Assembly: GCA_024679065.1 (NCBI GenBank)
Contig: JAGIQG010000003.1
Location: 15,314,001 to 15,378,000 of the forward strand
Reading direction: 5' to 3'
Source: Sphyrna mokarran
Lineage: Eukaryota
Length of the DNA stretch: 64,000 nucleotides
Made by a program: the position numbers and the translations under genes. How positions within the stretch are numbered: the stretch's first letter is position 1; the number at the start of each line of letters is the position of its first letter. The notes under the pieces are model-generated. The model worked only from the letters and a program-made list of their open reading frames with translations, did not search any database and had not been told where the DNA came from. Shown piece after piece: positions 37,501-50,637 of this stretch.

Positions 37501-40500
37501 CACAAGCAGCTGTTTGCTGTAGTTCAATGTTCTCTGCATGGCAGTACTAGAATTAATATTTGACGACCATCGCATTGTAACAACAACCTTCGACCCAATG
37601 TGCCTGGACTGCCATATTATTCCATGACACTTGCATTCTTTAATTTATTTACGGACGGTTTGAGTGTAATGAAAATTGGACGCGTATTTGGATCAATTCA
37701 AGTCTGAGACTTTGATCTCCGTGATAGGTTTATGCCCCCTTATAAGTATCAGGGTTACAGGTATCTACATTTCAGTGCTTAATCACAGCCACGTACAGTC
37801 GGACCCGTATCAGAGAAAAAAAAAACTTTCCAAAATTAGAATCGTTTGTCAATGATGGAGAGGTAATGTAGAAATTACCAGAAATATATTTGTCGATTTA
37901 TTGTGGCCAAAGCTAATGGATTATCAAGTTGGGGATAAGAGATGGGTGGGGGCTAGGGAGAGGTAGGGCTTTGGGGGTGATGGTGGGGGGGGGGGGGGGT
38001 GGAAATGGCAAGAGAATGACCACAACTTTGAAAGTGTAGACTCGTCTTCACAGTAATTCTGTATTAACAACACAGTGGGACAAAAACCGCACAACTTGTA
38101 GGCCTTCTTAAAGCCATCAGAACATTAATATTTCTGACAATGCTAAAATCGATATCGTTCAGATTTATGGAATTCACAAATGTGTGTGTTTTTTTAAAAT
38201 TAATCGGTGATTGTAAAATGTTTAAAATATTGTTCACAAATGTGTTTTGCGTCAGTCACACATTTAACCCTGTGAAATTTAAATAGTGCCGCTTATTAGT
38301 GTAATAATCCTGCATTGATCCAATCGTATGCACGTTATATCGAATGAATTGTGCAAGTTTTTTATTTCTAGCTCCTTTCCTAGGCTCTTTTAAGAGTTCC
38401 AACCATTGACTGCTGAGAGGTGACCTAGACCATGATGGCTATCTCCATGATCAAAACAACAGGTAAATTAACTTGCTGTGTGCATGTTTTCTTTTTTCTG
38501 AACTGGAGTATTATGCTTGAAATTTCGCAATATTCTATATAATTTAGTATCTATGTGCAGCATGTTTACGCCGTGGTCTTTACTAAAGGTGAAAATAGTG
38601 ATCTTAAGTGACATTTATATATTATATATATGTATATATAGAGAGAGAGGGTTCGTAGTATTCTCCACTATGGTGATAACTTGTTATCACACCCTAACTT
38701 CCGCCGATGGGATTAACTGTAGCGCTCAGTGAAACAAATGCCTCCTTCCGTCCAGACACTCATGGCTATGGATTACGACTATACTGTCCATTGAGGTTCC
38801 CTAGCCTTTTACTGTTTCAATTGCTGTCAAACATGTATAGTAACATATTTCTTCTTATTTTGTAGCTGACGTTTGCAATATTGCATGAGTACATAGCAGG
38901 TATGATGTCGTTACTGAAATATTGCCGGGGAAAACAAAACAATGAAACCAATCGGTGTTGCTTGACGAATACTTTCAATAATGTCATTAACCAACCAACA
39001 GCCTAACAATTATTGGTACATAAAATTAACATCGTGAGTTACTAGGGGAGGGGTCTCTATGCGGCATCTTACACAGGACAATTACATATGTATTTTTAAA
39101 GGTAATAATAACAGTCAATGCAGTATATGTAAAACGCAACCATACTTTCGGTCCTTTATCTTGTAACATACCAATGTCGCTTATTGAAATGTAAAGTGTA
39201 TCATTCAGTACTGCACACTTACTGGAGTTGCTTTATTTAGAATGCTACCCTTGTTTGATTATTGTTTCTTAAAAGGGACTCTTTGCATATTTTGCACATA
39301 AGCCTGCTAAAGGACGTGTTTTTAATCAAAATTCTTCCACAAATATTTACAAAATGCACATCGATGAAGGCCGAAATGTACCGAATTCTAGCTGTTATGT
39401 ATGGCAACTAATGTAAGCCACTCACATCTTGGTTGTGTAGAGTTTTTCCTAGCAATTAGATGAACTAGCTCATTCTGTTTTTCAGGTTTCATTATCCTTT
39501 TTTTGAACGATTTCGTGAGGAAACAATTACAGTTTCCCAGAAATGTAGTTGGATCATTGTATCTGTTGACACCAGGAGTCAGTTGATTCTCAGATTAAAC
39601 CATATGATTTAAACTGCAAGCATATACAAACCCATAGATATGCAACAAGCCAAATTAATCTGTAGTAAAAATGAAGTATTTCCTTGTTCATTACGCCAAG
39701 CGTTTGGTGGGTGGGTTGAAAGGTACAAGTATAACGCATGGAATCTTGGGAATCTAAATTACTAGGCTTCTAGCTGTTTTTTTTTAAATCGAGCTTCTGA
39801 TTAGAAGGAGGGAATAAAATATTGCATCAAAACTATTCCAGAGTTGAGCTTCAGTAAAAAGAGCGGGTTTCCCTTAAACTGTTTATTTCAATGCATTTTC
39901 CGAAAGTAAATTTTGCCAGAAAATAATTTAATTTGGAATTTACACTGCTCAGTTCTGACTTAACCAAAAGCAAATACCACGCCTATTTGTTGCATTTCCA
40001 ATGTTTTCTTTTCCCGCCGGGCTTCACTTTACACTAGGGTTTAATCAAAGTTCCTTAGCATCTCTGTTGGATTTCTTTAGTGCTGATCCTGCAGTCTGCA
40101 AACCTGGAATTCTGCAATAATTTCCTGTTTATAATGGGGTGCAGGAAGCTGTGAACTGCCCGCCATAAGAAGGATATAACGTCTGCCTCGTATTATTCTG
40201 TGACATCTTAATCACATAGTGAAATATCCTGTCGGTAAGAGAAGTAGTAACGCGCTAATTTCTGAGGAATTTTGTTTGGACTACAATGTAAACCATATGT
40301 CCAGCAAAAATAAACTTTTCCACACTTTATCGACGTTTACAATCTTTGCAAATGAATTAAACGATAGACTGGAAAGATCAATTACGTGAAATAAAGAGGG
40401 AAACTGAAGAACCCTCACTTCATCTGTATAATTGCATTATTATGGCACTGTACGCATTTTATACTTAACTAAAAGTGCAAAATTTGCCATCTGCCAAAAT

Positions 40501-43500
40501 AGATATTGACAACGAAGAAAAATAAACAGCGTGATCGGCAATGCATATTGCATATCAAAAATTCTTAAAAGTCAATTGCAATGAACAATCTCGTGATTGT
40601 CTTTCAACAACTTAAATAAGATGGGAAAAGTCAGAGGTCCATGTCACGTTATGTGGAATAAATGTAGAATTGTATAGTATAACAACATTACGCTCAGTCA
40701 CACCGTGCAAATTGGATATTTTACAATACGTTTACTTCAGAGATTCCACTAATCTAGATTTAGGCTGTAGCAAACATTGCTATATTGCAACCTGCATATA
40801 AGCACTGTGCTCTTTTCTAGGGACCGTCGCTCGCGACTGACAAACTGCTCGAAAGACAACGGGTAAACTGACATCAAGGTGGGGACTTGACCAGGTATGC
40901 AGCAGCACAAGTGCGAATCCCAGTTTAAGCCTGCAGTGTGAAGCCCTGGAGGCTGAAATACAAACGTGTCAACAATCAGAGACCCACATTGCATCCTTCT
41001 CTATTACACGTTAGAGCTTTGGAGTGTGTTGGGATGGGGGCAGGAGATATGTTTGTGTGTGTGTGGAAGGGGAAGTAATGTGGTGGGGGATGATGGGGAA
41101 GGGGAGTTGATGATGGGGTTTAGACACTCCAGATTGTGCTGGTCATTAATTCGGTTTGGGACTCCGAATGATGGTCTGAGGCATAAATGGTCTGGGCACA
41201 AATATCGAATGCGAGCAAGTGAAACACTTATTGTAAATAATTGGACGGGGTGGGGGGAGGGAAAGGAAGGGGGGGATGCACAGAGTTATGCAGCTAGCAA
41301 TGCAACTTCAATCTAACCTTCACTGCACAACATTAAATATCCCAAAAGCCTTTAAGATCATATCTGAAATTACTAGTAAACAGTGAACATGAGTTAATTA
41401 CATTTTTCGCATTATTTGAATGGCGTGTCTTCAGTTTTAGGGTGTGTGTGTGGGGGGGGGGGGGGGAAGTTGAGGTTGATGTTTACAAATCCAGCGAGCC
41501 CTTCATCATATTTAACATACTTGCTATGACTGCGGAGAATTGTTGTGGACAACTGTGTGATTGTTTTCTCCGCTGCCGTGCCCCTACCCTTCCCCCACGT
41601 GTTCTCATTTGATCATACTTTTTTGTAGGGGGGGTGGTGAGAAACATTTTTCTTTCTTGTTCTGAGTATTTTGCTTGTCTCTGGGTATATTCCTCGCACG
41701 TTTGGCATTACTTACGTCTTTCTGCTTCTTTCTCTTCCCCCCCTCCCCCCCCGTACTCCCCCCCCAAAAAAACACACACCTTAAATTTGCTATTTCGCTC
41801 TCTCAAGCTCTCCCCCCCCCCCGCCCACCCACCTTGCCCCTCATCACCTCCCATCCACACCACTACCTTCCCCCCCCACCCCACCTCCCTTCCCACCATA
41901 AATTTCTGTCCACCCTATCACTCACAACTCCTTTTCAGAAACCTACCTTTTCTCTCTCTCTCTCTCTTTCTTGTATTGTAGGTATGCCGTGTGCTAGACT
42001 GCAGGCTTCAAGCTCTGTCGCCAGATCAGCTTAGAACGACGGCCTAAATCCACGGGAAAGCGCAGCACCGGGGTTTCCGCTTCCCTTCTGCTGAGCAAAT
42101 CTGAGAGGGGCTACAACGTACATATTTGAGTTAGTGGCCTGGTTTGTGTTACCCTCCCCTTCGTTGTTTCCAAAAAAAAAGACGCTAAACTACTTTTTTT
42201 TTTCTCTTGCATATGCACGGTTTTAGACGGGCGTATGCAGTCAGGGCGAATATAAAAGACAATATGCAGTGAGGACAAGTTACAGTTGCGGGCATATATG
42301 TTGGAGTGTGGAGGGAGGGGGGAGGCGGTGGGGGTGGGAGGGATTGCGGCTAGCATCACGTTCTGGTATTAGAGGAAACATATGAAAAAGTGAGACTGAT
42401 ATATGGAGCGCAGTTCGGTCTAAAAAGCCTCTCACTCGTGTTTACGTAGACAGAGGCGATCTACTGGCAATTTATCATTGCCCTATCTGTGTTTTTGTTT
42501 TGCAATTCCTCTCGATAGTACACTGCAGCTCACTTTCTTTTTTCCCCTCTTCCCCTAGCGATGCGAGTTTCCTTTTCGCGGATCGCAGCATTTACAGATT
42601 CTCGCAGCACGGTGTACTTTCGCATTCACAAACTTGAAATTGAAAACAGGTTTTTTTTTTTGGGGGGGGGGGTGAAGTAGAGCGTGAAATAAAAGGCAGC
42701 AAAATGCCGATTGTATCCAGGCGGCGATCCAGAACTCTCGGCAATCCGTCCAAACACAGCATTGAAACAAAATGAAAACTTACCCTCTCCAAAACAAAAA
42801 GAAAGCTGAGAAAATAAAACTAGCCCAGCTTCCCCCCTCCACCAATCGCCCACCTCCCCCATCACCCGACTACGTCCCCCTCTTGCCGCCATCCCACATC
42901 CCTCCACCAGAACCCAAACTTCCCCGGATTCTGGCTTGGGGGAAATGCCCGCGACTGCAGGCAGAACTCAAAAAGTTAAGTTCCTAAAACAAAAGTTAAC
43001 AGATACCACTGACTTGGGGGGGTCTCTTAGATCGGCTGCGCTGCTCGGAAGAAGAACTCGGCGTCTGATTTTGTCCGAAAATAAAGGGGACCATAACACG
43101 CCTGGAATTCGGGAAAGATTAAAAAAAAAACGACTAATTTCCCGCCCGAGCATAAACGGACCGTTTTCACTTCAACTCTCTAATCTCCCTTTCCCGTCCA
43201 TTTAAAACTTCGGTTCTTAACGTTAGTCGCAGGGGTTGAGGTGGGTGAAATATAAAAAAAAAGCCTGGGGGGAGGAGGTGGTGGTGGGGACGGGGATGCG
43301 GCCAGGGATACCGCTAAAGAGATGATGATATCTGACCGGGCTTGGGATAAACTTTCCGACTCTCCTAACTGTACATTTGTTCGTGCAGCGTACACGGGGC
43401 ACATAACACCTCGTAAATTATCAAACTTTACTGCTGCGCACTCTTGTTCTCTTTAGTCTAATAGACGGTTCCAATTGAACCGCTCCGAAAAAAAAGTGCC

Positions 43501-44039
43501 CAGTGGGTGCTTGTTAATCAGGAACATACCTAATTTAGTTTCATAATTTAGGGAAACTTGCATGTGCACACAGGCTAACAACTAAGGAGTAACCTTCAGC
43601 GAAAAAAAAAACCCGTTAAATCCTGTCCCAATTTATCGCAGCTTGATGGATCTGATGCTAACCGCCTCCCACACCCCACACCACCCCCCTCCCAGAAATG
43701 AATTACTGCATGATCAAGTGTCTGAGAGGGGGACGGGGTGGCGGGGAGGGGGGGGGGGACGCTAGTCATTCATTCTTTGCGGTTAAGGGAGAAAAAGCCA
43801 ACTCCCATCAACTTTTAGAGAAAAAAAATCCTCATTTTATTTATTTAGTTTTGTAGAAAATCGCTGAAACACGAAACCGCCTTCCACTCAGAGTTAGTAG
43901 TAATAAAATGAATATGTTTGAAAGAAGCCAACCAAAAAAAAACACATCCCCTGGCCAAAAAAAGAGACTTTTCAGCGTTCTCTCTCTCTCTCTCTCTCTC
44001 TGTGTCTATGGCTCTCCCCTCACCCCCACCCCCAACCAC

Positions 44040-44140
44040 TTGGTGGAAATACGCATGTGCCCTGACTGGGCCCTGTAACTGGCATTGTCAATCATCTGTA
44101 AGTGACCAATGGGATTGCTGGCTGCTCGCAGAGCTCGACG
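44040..44140 (+). promoter_or_regulatory. Candidate Zic4 proximal promoter
   Basis: GACCAATGG (CCAAT 44106-44110) plus gtcaatca ~20 bp upstream, ~230 bp before the ATG; the same GACCAATGGG context occurs in the Zic1 promoter. Confidence 0.45.
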
Positions 44141-44334
44141 GGCTGCAAAGCTGTTCATGAATCTCAAATCAGTTTCTCAATGCGTCCTGCTGCTGCAATC
44201 CGTCTGCACACTCTCTACACCGAATGGCTATCAACGTTGGCAAAGAACGACTTTCTAAAGTTCGGTAACTTTAAAGAGAGAAAAAAAGTTTTTTTTGTGT
44301 CTTTTTTTTTCCCCGCTGTTAGGCATTATTGAGC

Positions 44335-45496
44335 ATGGATGCTTTGGGGAGTCCGATGATGGACCCAACATTCGCCAAGCGAAACCCAGCGCTGAGATTA
44401 GTAGATTTGGCAGGAGCTCACCACCATCACCATCATCATCACCATCCCCCCCAGAGCATGACAGGCTTCCCGGGGCTCAGCGGCCATCCCCACTCAATGG
44501 CACACACGCACCCTGGGGAGAGTGCTGGAGAACCCCGCCTGGGGCCGAGTCCTTTCGGGCCTGAACACATGGGGCACCCTGCAGCCGCCGCTGCGCTTAA
44601 ACTCAGCCCAACCCATCCCCACCACCATCACCACCATCATCATCACCATCATATGGCAGGCCACGCTGAGGCTGTCTCCAATCCAACGGCAGCTTTTGGC
44701 CCAGCGCAGGCGGCGGCAGCAGTCAGTTACTCGGTCTCTCACTCCCACGCCAGCTACACTGCCCAGGCTATCTCGGCAGGTAGAGACTTCCTCATCCGCA
44801 GAGATTTGACATCCTCAGTAATGCCAGGTCTCACTGATCAATATCCTGGCACAAGTTCTCACCACGGAATGTTTGTATCAACAACAGGTAGCTACCCCGG
44901 ACACCATGGTCACCCCGAGGCTGGAAGCCACTCTCTATTCCCTGGACTGCATGACCAGGCTTCCCATACAGCCCCAGCTGGACACCATCTGAACGGACAG
45001 TTAAGACTGGGGCTACCTGGAGACATGTACGCCAGGTCTGATCACTACAGTCAAGTAGCAAGTTCCAGGAGTGATCCCTTTGCCTCTTCCCCTCTACATG
45101 GCTACGGTGGCATGAATATTAACATGAACCTGACTGGCCACCACGGTCCAGGTGCATTTTTTCGCTACATGAGACAACCCATCAAGCAGGAACTGATCTG
45201 CAAGTGGACTGAACCGGACCCTGTCACTAAAAAACCATGCTCAAAAACTTTTAGCACGATGCACGAATTGGTTACTCACGTAACAGTGGAACACGTTGGG
45301 GGACCAGAGCAGTCGAATCATATCTGTTTCTGGGAAGAGTGTCCAAGAGAGGGAAAACCTTTCAAAGCCAAATATAAACTTGTAAATCACATCAGAGTCC
45401 ACACTGGCGAGAAACCATTCCCCTGTCCATTCCCTGGCTGTGGCAAAGTCTTTGCCAGATCAGAAAACCTCAAGATCCACAAAAGAACTCACACAG
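44335..45496 (+). CDS. zic4: Zic4 coding exon 1 (poly-His N-terminus, ZF-NC, zinc fingers 1-3)
   Basis: [37 protein letters not shown]..., [44 protein letters not shown]2H2 fingers, donor ACAG|gtcagt; divergent from Zic1 as in the known Zic1/Zic4 pair. Confidence 0.94.
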
Positions 45497-48400
45497 GTCA
45501 GTATTTTCGAAGGATCATTATCATTCTGTTTTACTTCATTTTACGGTACCCGAAAGTTCATTACAGTGTTTTCGGTCTGTTACCAGGGGATACTTCAGTC
45601 CAAATAGACAGCGAAGCTGGGCTTGATGTGGCTTGGAAAGTAGCCTGATTTTTGCAGCATTTGTATATGTCACACAGCTCTAAGAACTTTGCATTGCTGT
45701 GGGTAGTAAATAATTTATCATGTATTCGCTGTAAACACTCGTGCGGTTGCAGATAATAAAACAGTCTGATTCAATATCTGCAAAAAGTGAAAGTCACTGG
45801 CTTTCTTCCCCTAAGCTATTATTAAAGATTGTTCCAAAACGTAACATTTGGAACTCTGTGGACCCCGTCTTGTCATTAAGTAAATTTCAGTCAATGCTTT
45901 AGCTGAGAATTATTAATGAGTGAATTGCATATTTTGTCCTATTCGTTGCAGTGTCCCACGAACATAAATCTGTTAACTCCAATCACCATGTGCAGTAACT
46001 GCACTACAAGTGTTTATCTGCATCCTAATCTACTTGTTTTTTTTATATATATTTAAAAAAATCTAAAGACGTTAGAAGCCTCAGACTCAATGAAAACAAA
46101 TGTTCAGGCCTACGTTTTCCGAAAATGTCATTTGCAGAACCATCTCTGAAACTGGGACATGTGTCAAAAACATCTGCTAGTTCCACTTAGCAGCAAGGAA
46201 ATTGAGTAGATCGAAGCGTATTCAAAGCTGCGTTTGAACTTCCCAAGCCAGGAATAATCTATAAGTAATGAAACCGCGCAGATTAAAAAAAATCGCACTC
46301 CCTGGGAAAAGCCTCTATTAATTGGGCTTGCAGCAGCGGTTCGATCCGTCGCGGGGACTCGCTCTCTGTTATTATGCGCCTTGAGCGCGGCCTAGAAAAC
46401 CTAGCCGGGGACTTCCCTTCGAATCTCTCCCCCCTCAGAAGCCGAAGATATTTCAGTTTTATGGTCAGTCTTGTGGTAGCAAAACATGTTTCTTGGCTGT
46501 TTCCTTTCGATCTCGAGTGGAAGTTTGAGAAGGTGTGGTGGTTGGACTGGCGGTGTGTGGAGGTGGAGCGGGGGGGGGGTATTCGGCGGAGGGGGGGCTT
46601 GTGGGGAGAATGTTGTTTGAGGATTGGGTGGGAGGGGGAGGAGGGTGTGAGAGGTGGGCGGAAGGTTTGGGGGTGGGGGGGGTGACTCTTTGCAAAATGA
46701 GGAGGCACATTTTCATCTGAGGCACTTTCCTGCACCGAAACTTGTAAACTCTTCCAAACTGTCCGCTTATGTTTTCTCCACCATGCCTCGCAACCATCTC
46801 TTGTATTTACTCGTTACATTATGTGCAATGTCCGTTTTGGGGGTTTCAACCGAATGGAAGGTGTGTTTTGAATGCATATCATAACAAGTGGGGGCGGGGG
46901 TGGGGTGGGGGTGGGGGGCGGTGGTGTGGGTCTTTTTCTAGGTCTGTTCCTCGGTATATTTCAAATTCAAAAGATATTTTCCATTTACAATTTAAAGATA
47001 ACATTTCTAAACTGCAGCGTTTAGTTGGGGAAAAGAAATACAATGTAAGGGGCACGTTGTAGCGGAGGTAATGTGTGAAATGGATAATTCAAAAATATAC
47101 CACGTAATGAACGCGTTACGTTTAATATTTTTAAACAACCGATAGCACAAGATACACAAATTCATTTGTGCTGTGGGCCCACATACGCACACTGTGCGTA
47201 TCTGACACTTGATAGTATTGTCTGTGCTTGCCTAAACAAACTTTCCTAGCACTGCATGGACTTCAGCTCAGCAGTTTAGAGTGATGAGCACTTAATTTGC
47301 AAGAACAATTCATTGGACAGACCATATTTCTATTTATTTAAAAAATACTACAGTAGCCCATGAAAGGGCCGTGTGTTTAGTTGAGTTGAGTGCTCACACG
47401 TTCCCATATTTCAGTTAAATAGCATTCCCCATATGTTGCAATTAATCACTGTAGCTGTGATAAATACTGCATTTCTCTTTTAGTTTAAAATTGCACACAC
47501 TATTGTTACTAAATTCTTAAATAAAAAATAGCAAGTATAGTAATTCTATTAACAAAGTAATTATCTTGTAAAATATTCATGCCGTTTGATTGGCTTCAGT
47601 CCTTTATAGGCTAGTTTTATTGAATTGAAATCCCGTCCCTTTTACATTATTTATTTCAACAAGCATGAAAAGATCGCCTCTGGGTAAACAGAGGCTTCAG
47701 TAGTTTTGTCACCTCACTTATAAAATATTACCGTACAAAGTCCAAAGCTGGAATTAAACATGCATGTTAAAAGATTGATTAGAATGTGAAACCCGCTTGC
47801 AGAGCTTATCACCAGGTAGACATTTATTCCTCTCTCTCTCTCCAAGTTATCTAATGCAAAGTTTGAATTCAATTTCAGGGAGGCTTTCGTCGACTTATTT
47901 ATTTTAGCCCGGACTAAGCTAACTGGTGAGATGACACTTAACAAGGATTGGTCGCAGTTAATCTTATATTACTCACTCCTTTATACACAGCATTAATAGT
48001 AAAGAAGGAGAAATGTGTAGCCAGGAGGAGTTTAGAGCTCTCGGGAATTGTCAGAGCAGACTTCATGCTCACAGTGTCGGACGCTCCAGACACGGCACAA
48101 TAACAGTGTTTATGAGTCTGGGCTTCCCCTTGGGTCCACTAACTTACCACTAGCTTGTACTACACTAATATCGTTGATTGGCCGTCTCAACCTAGCAAGT
48201 GAAGGTCAAATTATTCTAACGGCTTTCTGAACGTTTGGCTAATTACGGTGTAATATTAAATCGACATTTTGAGAGTTCAGTGAAGGACCTCTGCTGTAAA
48301 GCACGCAGCCTTGCTTTGTAGCCGCACCGGATTGCATTTACCGGAGATTGTTTTTTTTAAATCAAATTTAGAATTTATGGGAGTGTAATGTTTTATAGGA

Positions 48401-48771
48401 ATAATCACCGATGCTCCTTTTTTGAAAATAAGTTTTTTTTTCCTCTCTCTAAATTTCCCATCTCTGCTAATTCAGAAATCCGTTGTGTGTCACACTGATT
48501 TGGTGACGGTGTTTGCAGGCCTTGGCTTTAAGCACAGCTTTAACTTCACTAACAAGGATAAACCATTACGTCACAGCAAATCTGTAAGAACCTACCTGCA
48601 ACCTACCACTGGAATATGCATGCCTCGAATGGATAATTTAACATTTCTTGGAATGTGTGTTGGTGATTAAATTGCACTTTTAATAGTGGATAATAACTTA
48701 ATGTTAATAATGAATGGTAATACCTTAACGTCTGTGAACTCATCACTCTGCCCCTTGTGGTTTTCCTTCAG

Positions 48772-49208
48772 GAGAAAAGCCCTTCAAGTGCGAGTTTGAA
48801 GGCTGTGACAGACGTTTTGCTAACAGCAGCGACAGGAAAAAGCACTCGCATGTGCATACAAGTGACAAGCCCTATAACTGCAAAGTAAGGGGCTGTGATA
48901 AATCGTACACGCACCCCAGCTCCCTCCGTAAGCACATGAAGGTCCATTGCAAATCTCCACCTCCCAGCTCGGGCTACGAATCCTCCACCCCTTCGCTGGT
49001 GTCGCCTTCTTCGGACTCAGGTCGGGACCCCCCGGCTCCAGCCTCCCAGCTTGACCCCATCACATCTTCCCACGCAGCTAACCTCAGCGAGTGGTACGTG
49101 TGTCAGAGCACAGGAGCAAGCGGCATCCCAACACCTCCAAGTAACTCCTCATCACCTGGACCTAGAGAGCACCCTTACAGAAACTCTGACCCCAGAACTA
49201 TTCTCTAA
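48772..49208 (+). CDS. zic4: Zic4 coding exon 2 (zinc fingers 4-5 and C-terminus)
   Basis: Acceptor ttttccttcag|GA GAA AAG; ...[53 protein letters not shown]...LSEWYVCQ...RTIL*; HSHVH and CKVRGC are Zic4/5-type; spliced CDS 1599 nt = 532 aa. Confidence 0.96.
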
Positions 49209-49373
49209 CCAGAAGGTTATGGCCACTCGGACATGAATCCACAATAATGTAACAAACATGACGTGGTCGTTGTTGGTGGTGTAGCAATGTCCTTGCTGCA
49301 CTGGACTTGAGGAACTACTTGAGTTTCTGGAGGCCTACCGCCTAAGAAAACAATGTAATGCACTGGCATGCAA

Positions 49374-49404
<31 letters not shown>

Positions 49405-50612
49405 GTATTAAAGAGAAAGTATCCCGAATGTAATCTTACACAAGTTGCAGTTTATAATTAAGAATGCGCGTATTGAACAATGCAGCACCTCCCTTCACTT
49501 ACAAGTGATGCCAACATATAGTATTGTCTTCACAAGATGTTGGTGTAAAGAATATCACTATCTCATTTCTTGTTATTACCTTTCTTTCTTATGGAAGAAA
49601 AAAATACACTGTTATATCGATTTGTTAAGAAAGTACGTTGCAATTCTTTTTTTGAAAGCCAGGGAGGGTGATAGAAGATATTCGGTACACCTGATGTGAA
49701 TAGTAATGAACAAAAGCCTTTGGAGGCCGAAACAAAATGGATACTTTAAAAGCCTGCCTAGCCTTTGACTTTATAAAGCAATTCTGCAAACCACATTTTC
49801 GGTGTTAGGCATCCTTGCAGAATATGTCTGTAAAAACATATAAATATTGGTATTGACAAATGCAGCGTGCATCTGTGTTAAATAATTCGTTTCTTTTTTT
49901 CCTGTTTTATTTTCTTTGAAATAATTTATTTAAAATGGTACAATAAAACACATTTTGTATAAATGACCCAAAGTGTTTTATTACAGGGCGATTAGACAAG
50001 TGTACATTTTTTTCTTGGATTATTTTAAATAATTAGCGCGTGTTCTGTAAATTATAGTGTTTTATAACTGGAAGTTTTGACTATGTAGGATACTTTTCTT
50101 TTTGTATTTTTGCTCCTATTTTGATATACATTCGTACTGGTTTGTAACAAATTGATAATACTAGGAATACTGTTTAAAACTTTTAGAAAATGAGCCATTT
50201 GTCGTTAATATGCCTAGTAAAACATCGGTTCTGTCTTATCTCCGTGTCATACATATTTAACCACTACTAAAAACCAAGATCTAACTCATTGGTATAGTCT
50301 TTTTTTTGTAGTCGGGAGCTACAGATATTTTAGAACTTTTGATTTACGCTGAACGCACGTTTTCTTTTTAAATAGAACGCATTCTCTTTAAAATGTAACA
50401 TCCGCGAAGCGCGTTTTCCCTTTGTGGAACCCTTAAAAAATAGTTGGTGAAAAGTTGTAAGACCGAGGTATTGTTACGGTGAAATCCTACTGTTTAAGCA
50501 GAAATCGTTGGAATGTGTACTGAACCCACATTGTACTTTGCCAATGTACGAATGGACTGTGCATAGTTTATAATTGTATTGTCAGAATTCACAAGTAAAT
50601 GCGTCTTGTAAA

Positions 50613-50637
50613 AATAAATTTTGTAAAATAAAATAAA
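50613..50637 (+). terminator. Candidate Zic4 polyadenylation signal cluster
   Basis: Three AATAAA in aaaataaattttgtaaaataaaataaaatg followed by GT-rich gctgtttgtc; a proximal AATAAA also lies at 49942-49947. Confidence 0.55.

Noticed and set aside
41634-43404. Cluster of Pro/Gly-rich short ORFs between the two genes
   Set aside because: Derived from low-complexity C/G runs; no coding signature
45497-45648. ORF continuation after HTG in Zic4 (and 30001-30074 in Zic1)
   Set aside because: Read-through into the intron past a canonical GT donor at the conserved Zic intron position
44335-49208. Assignment of the pair as Zic2/Zic5 or Zic3/Zic6
   Set aside because: The minus gene has Zic1-type N- and C-terminal sequence without Zic2 His/Ala expansions, and the plus gene has Zic4-type [19 protein letters not shown] and LSEWYVCQ motifs
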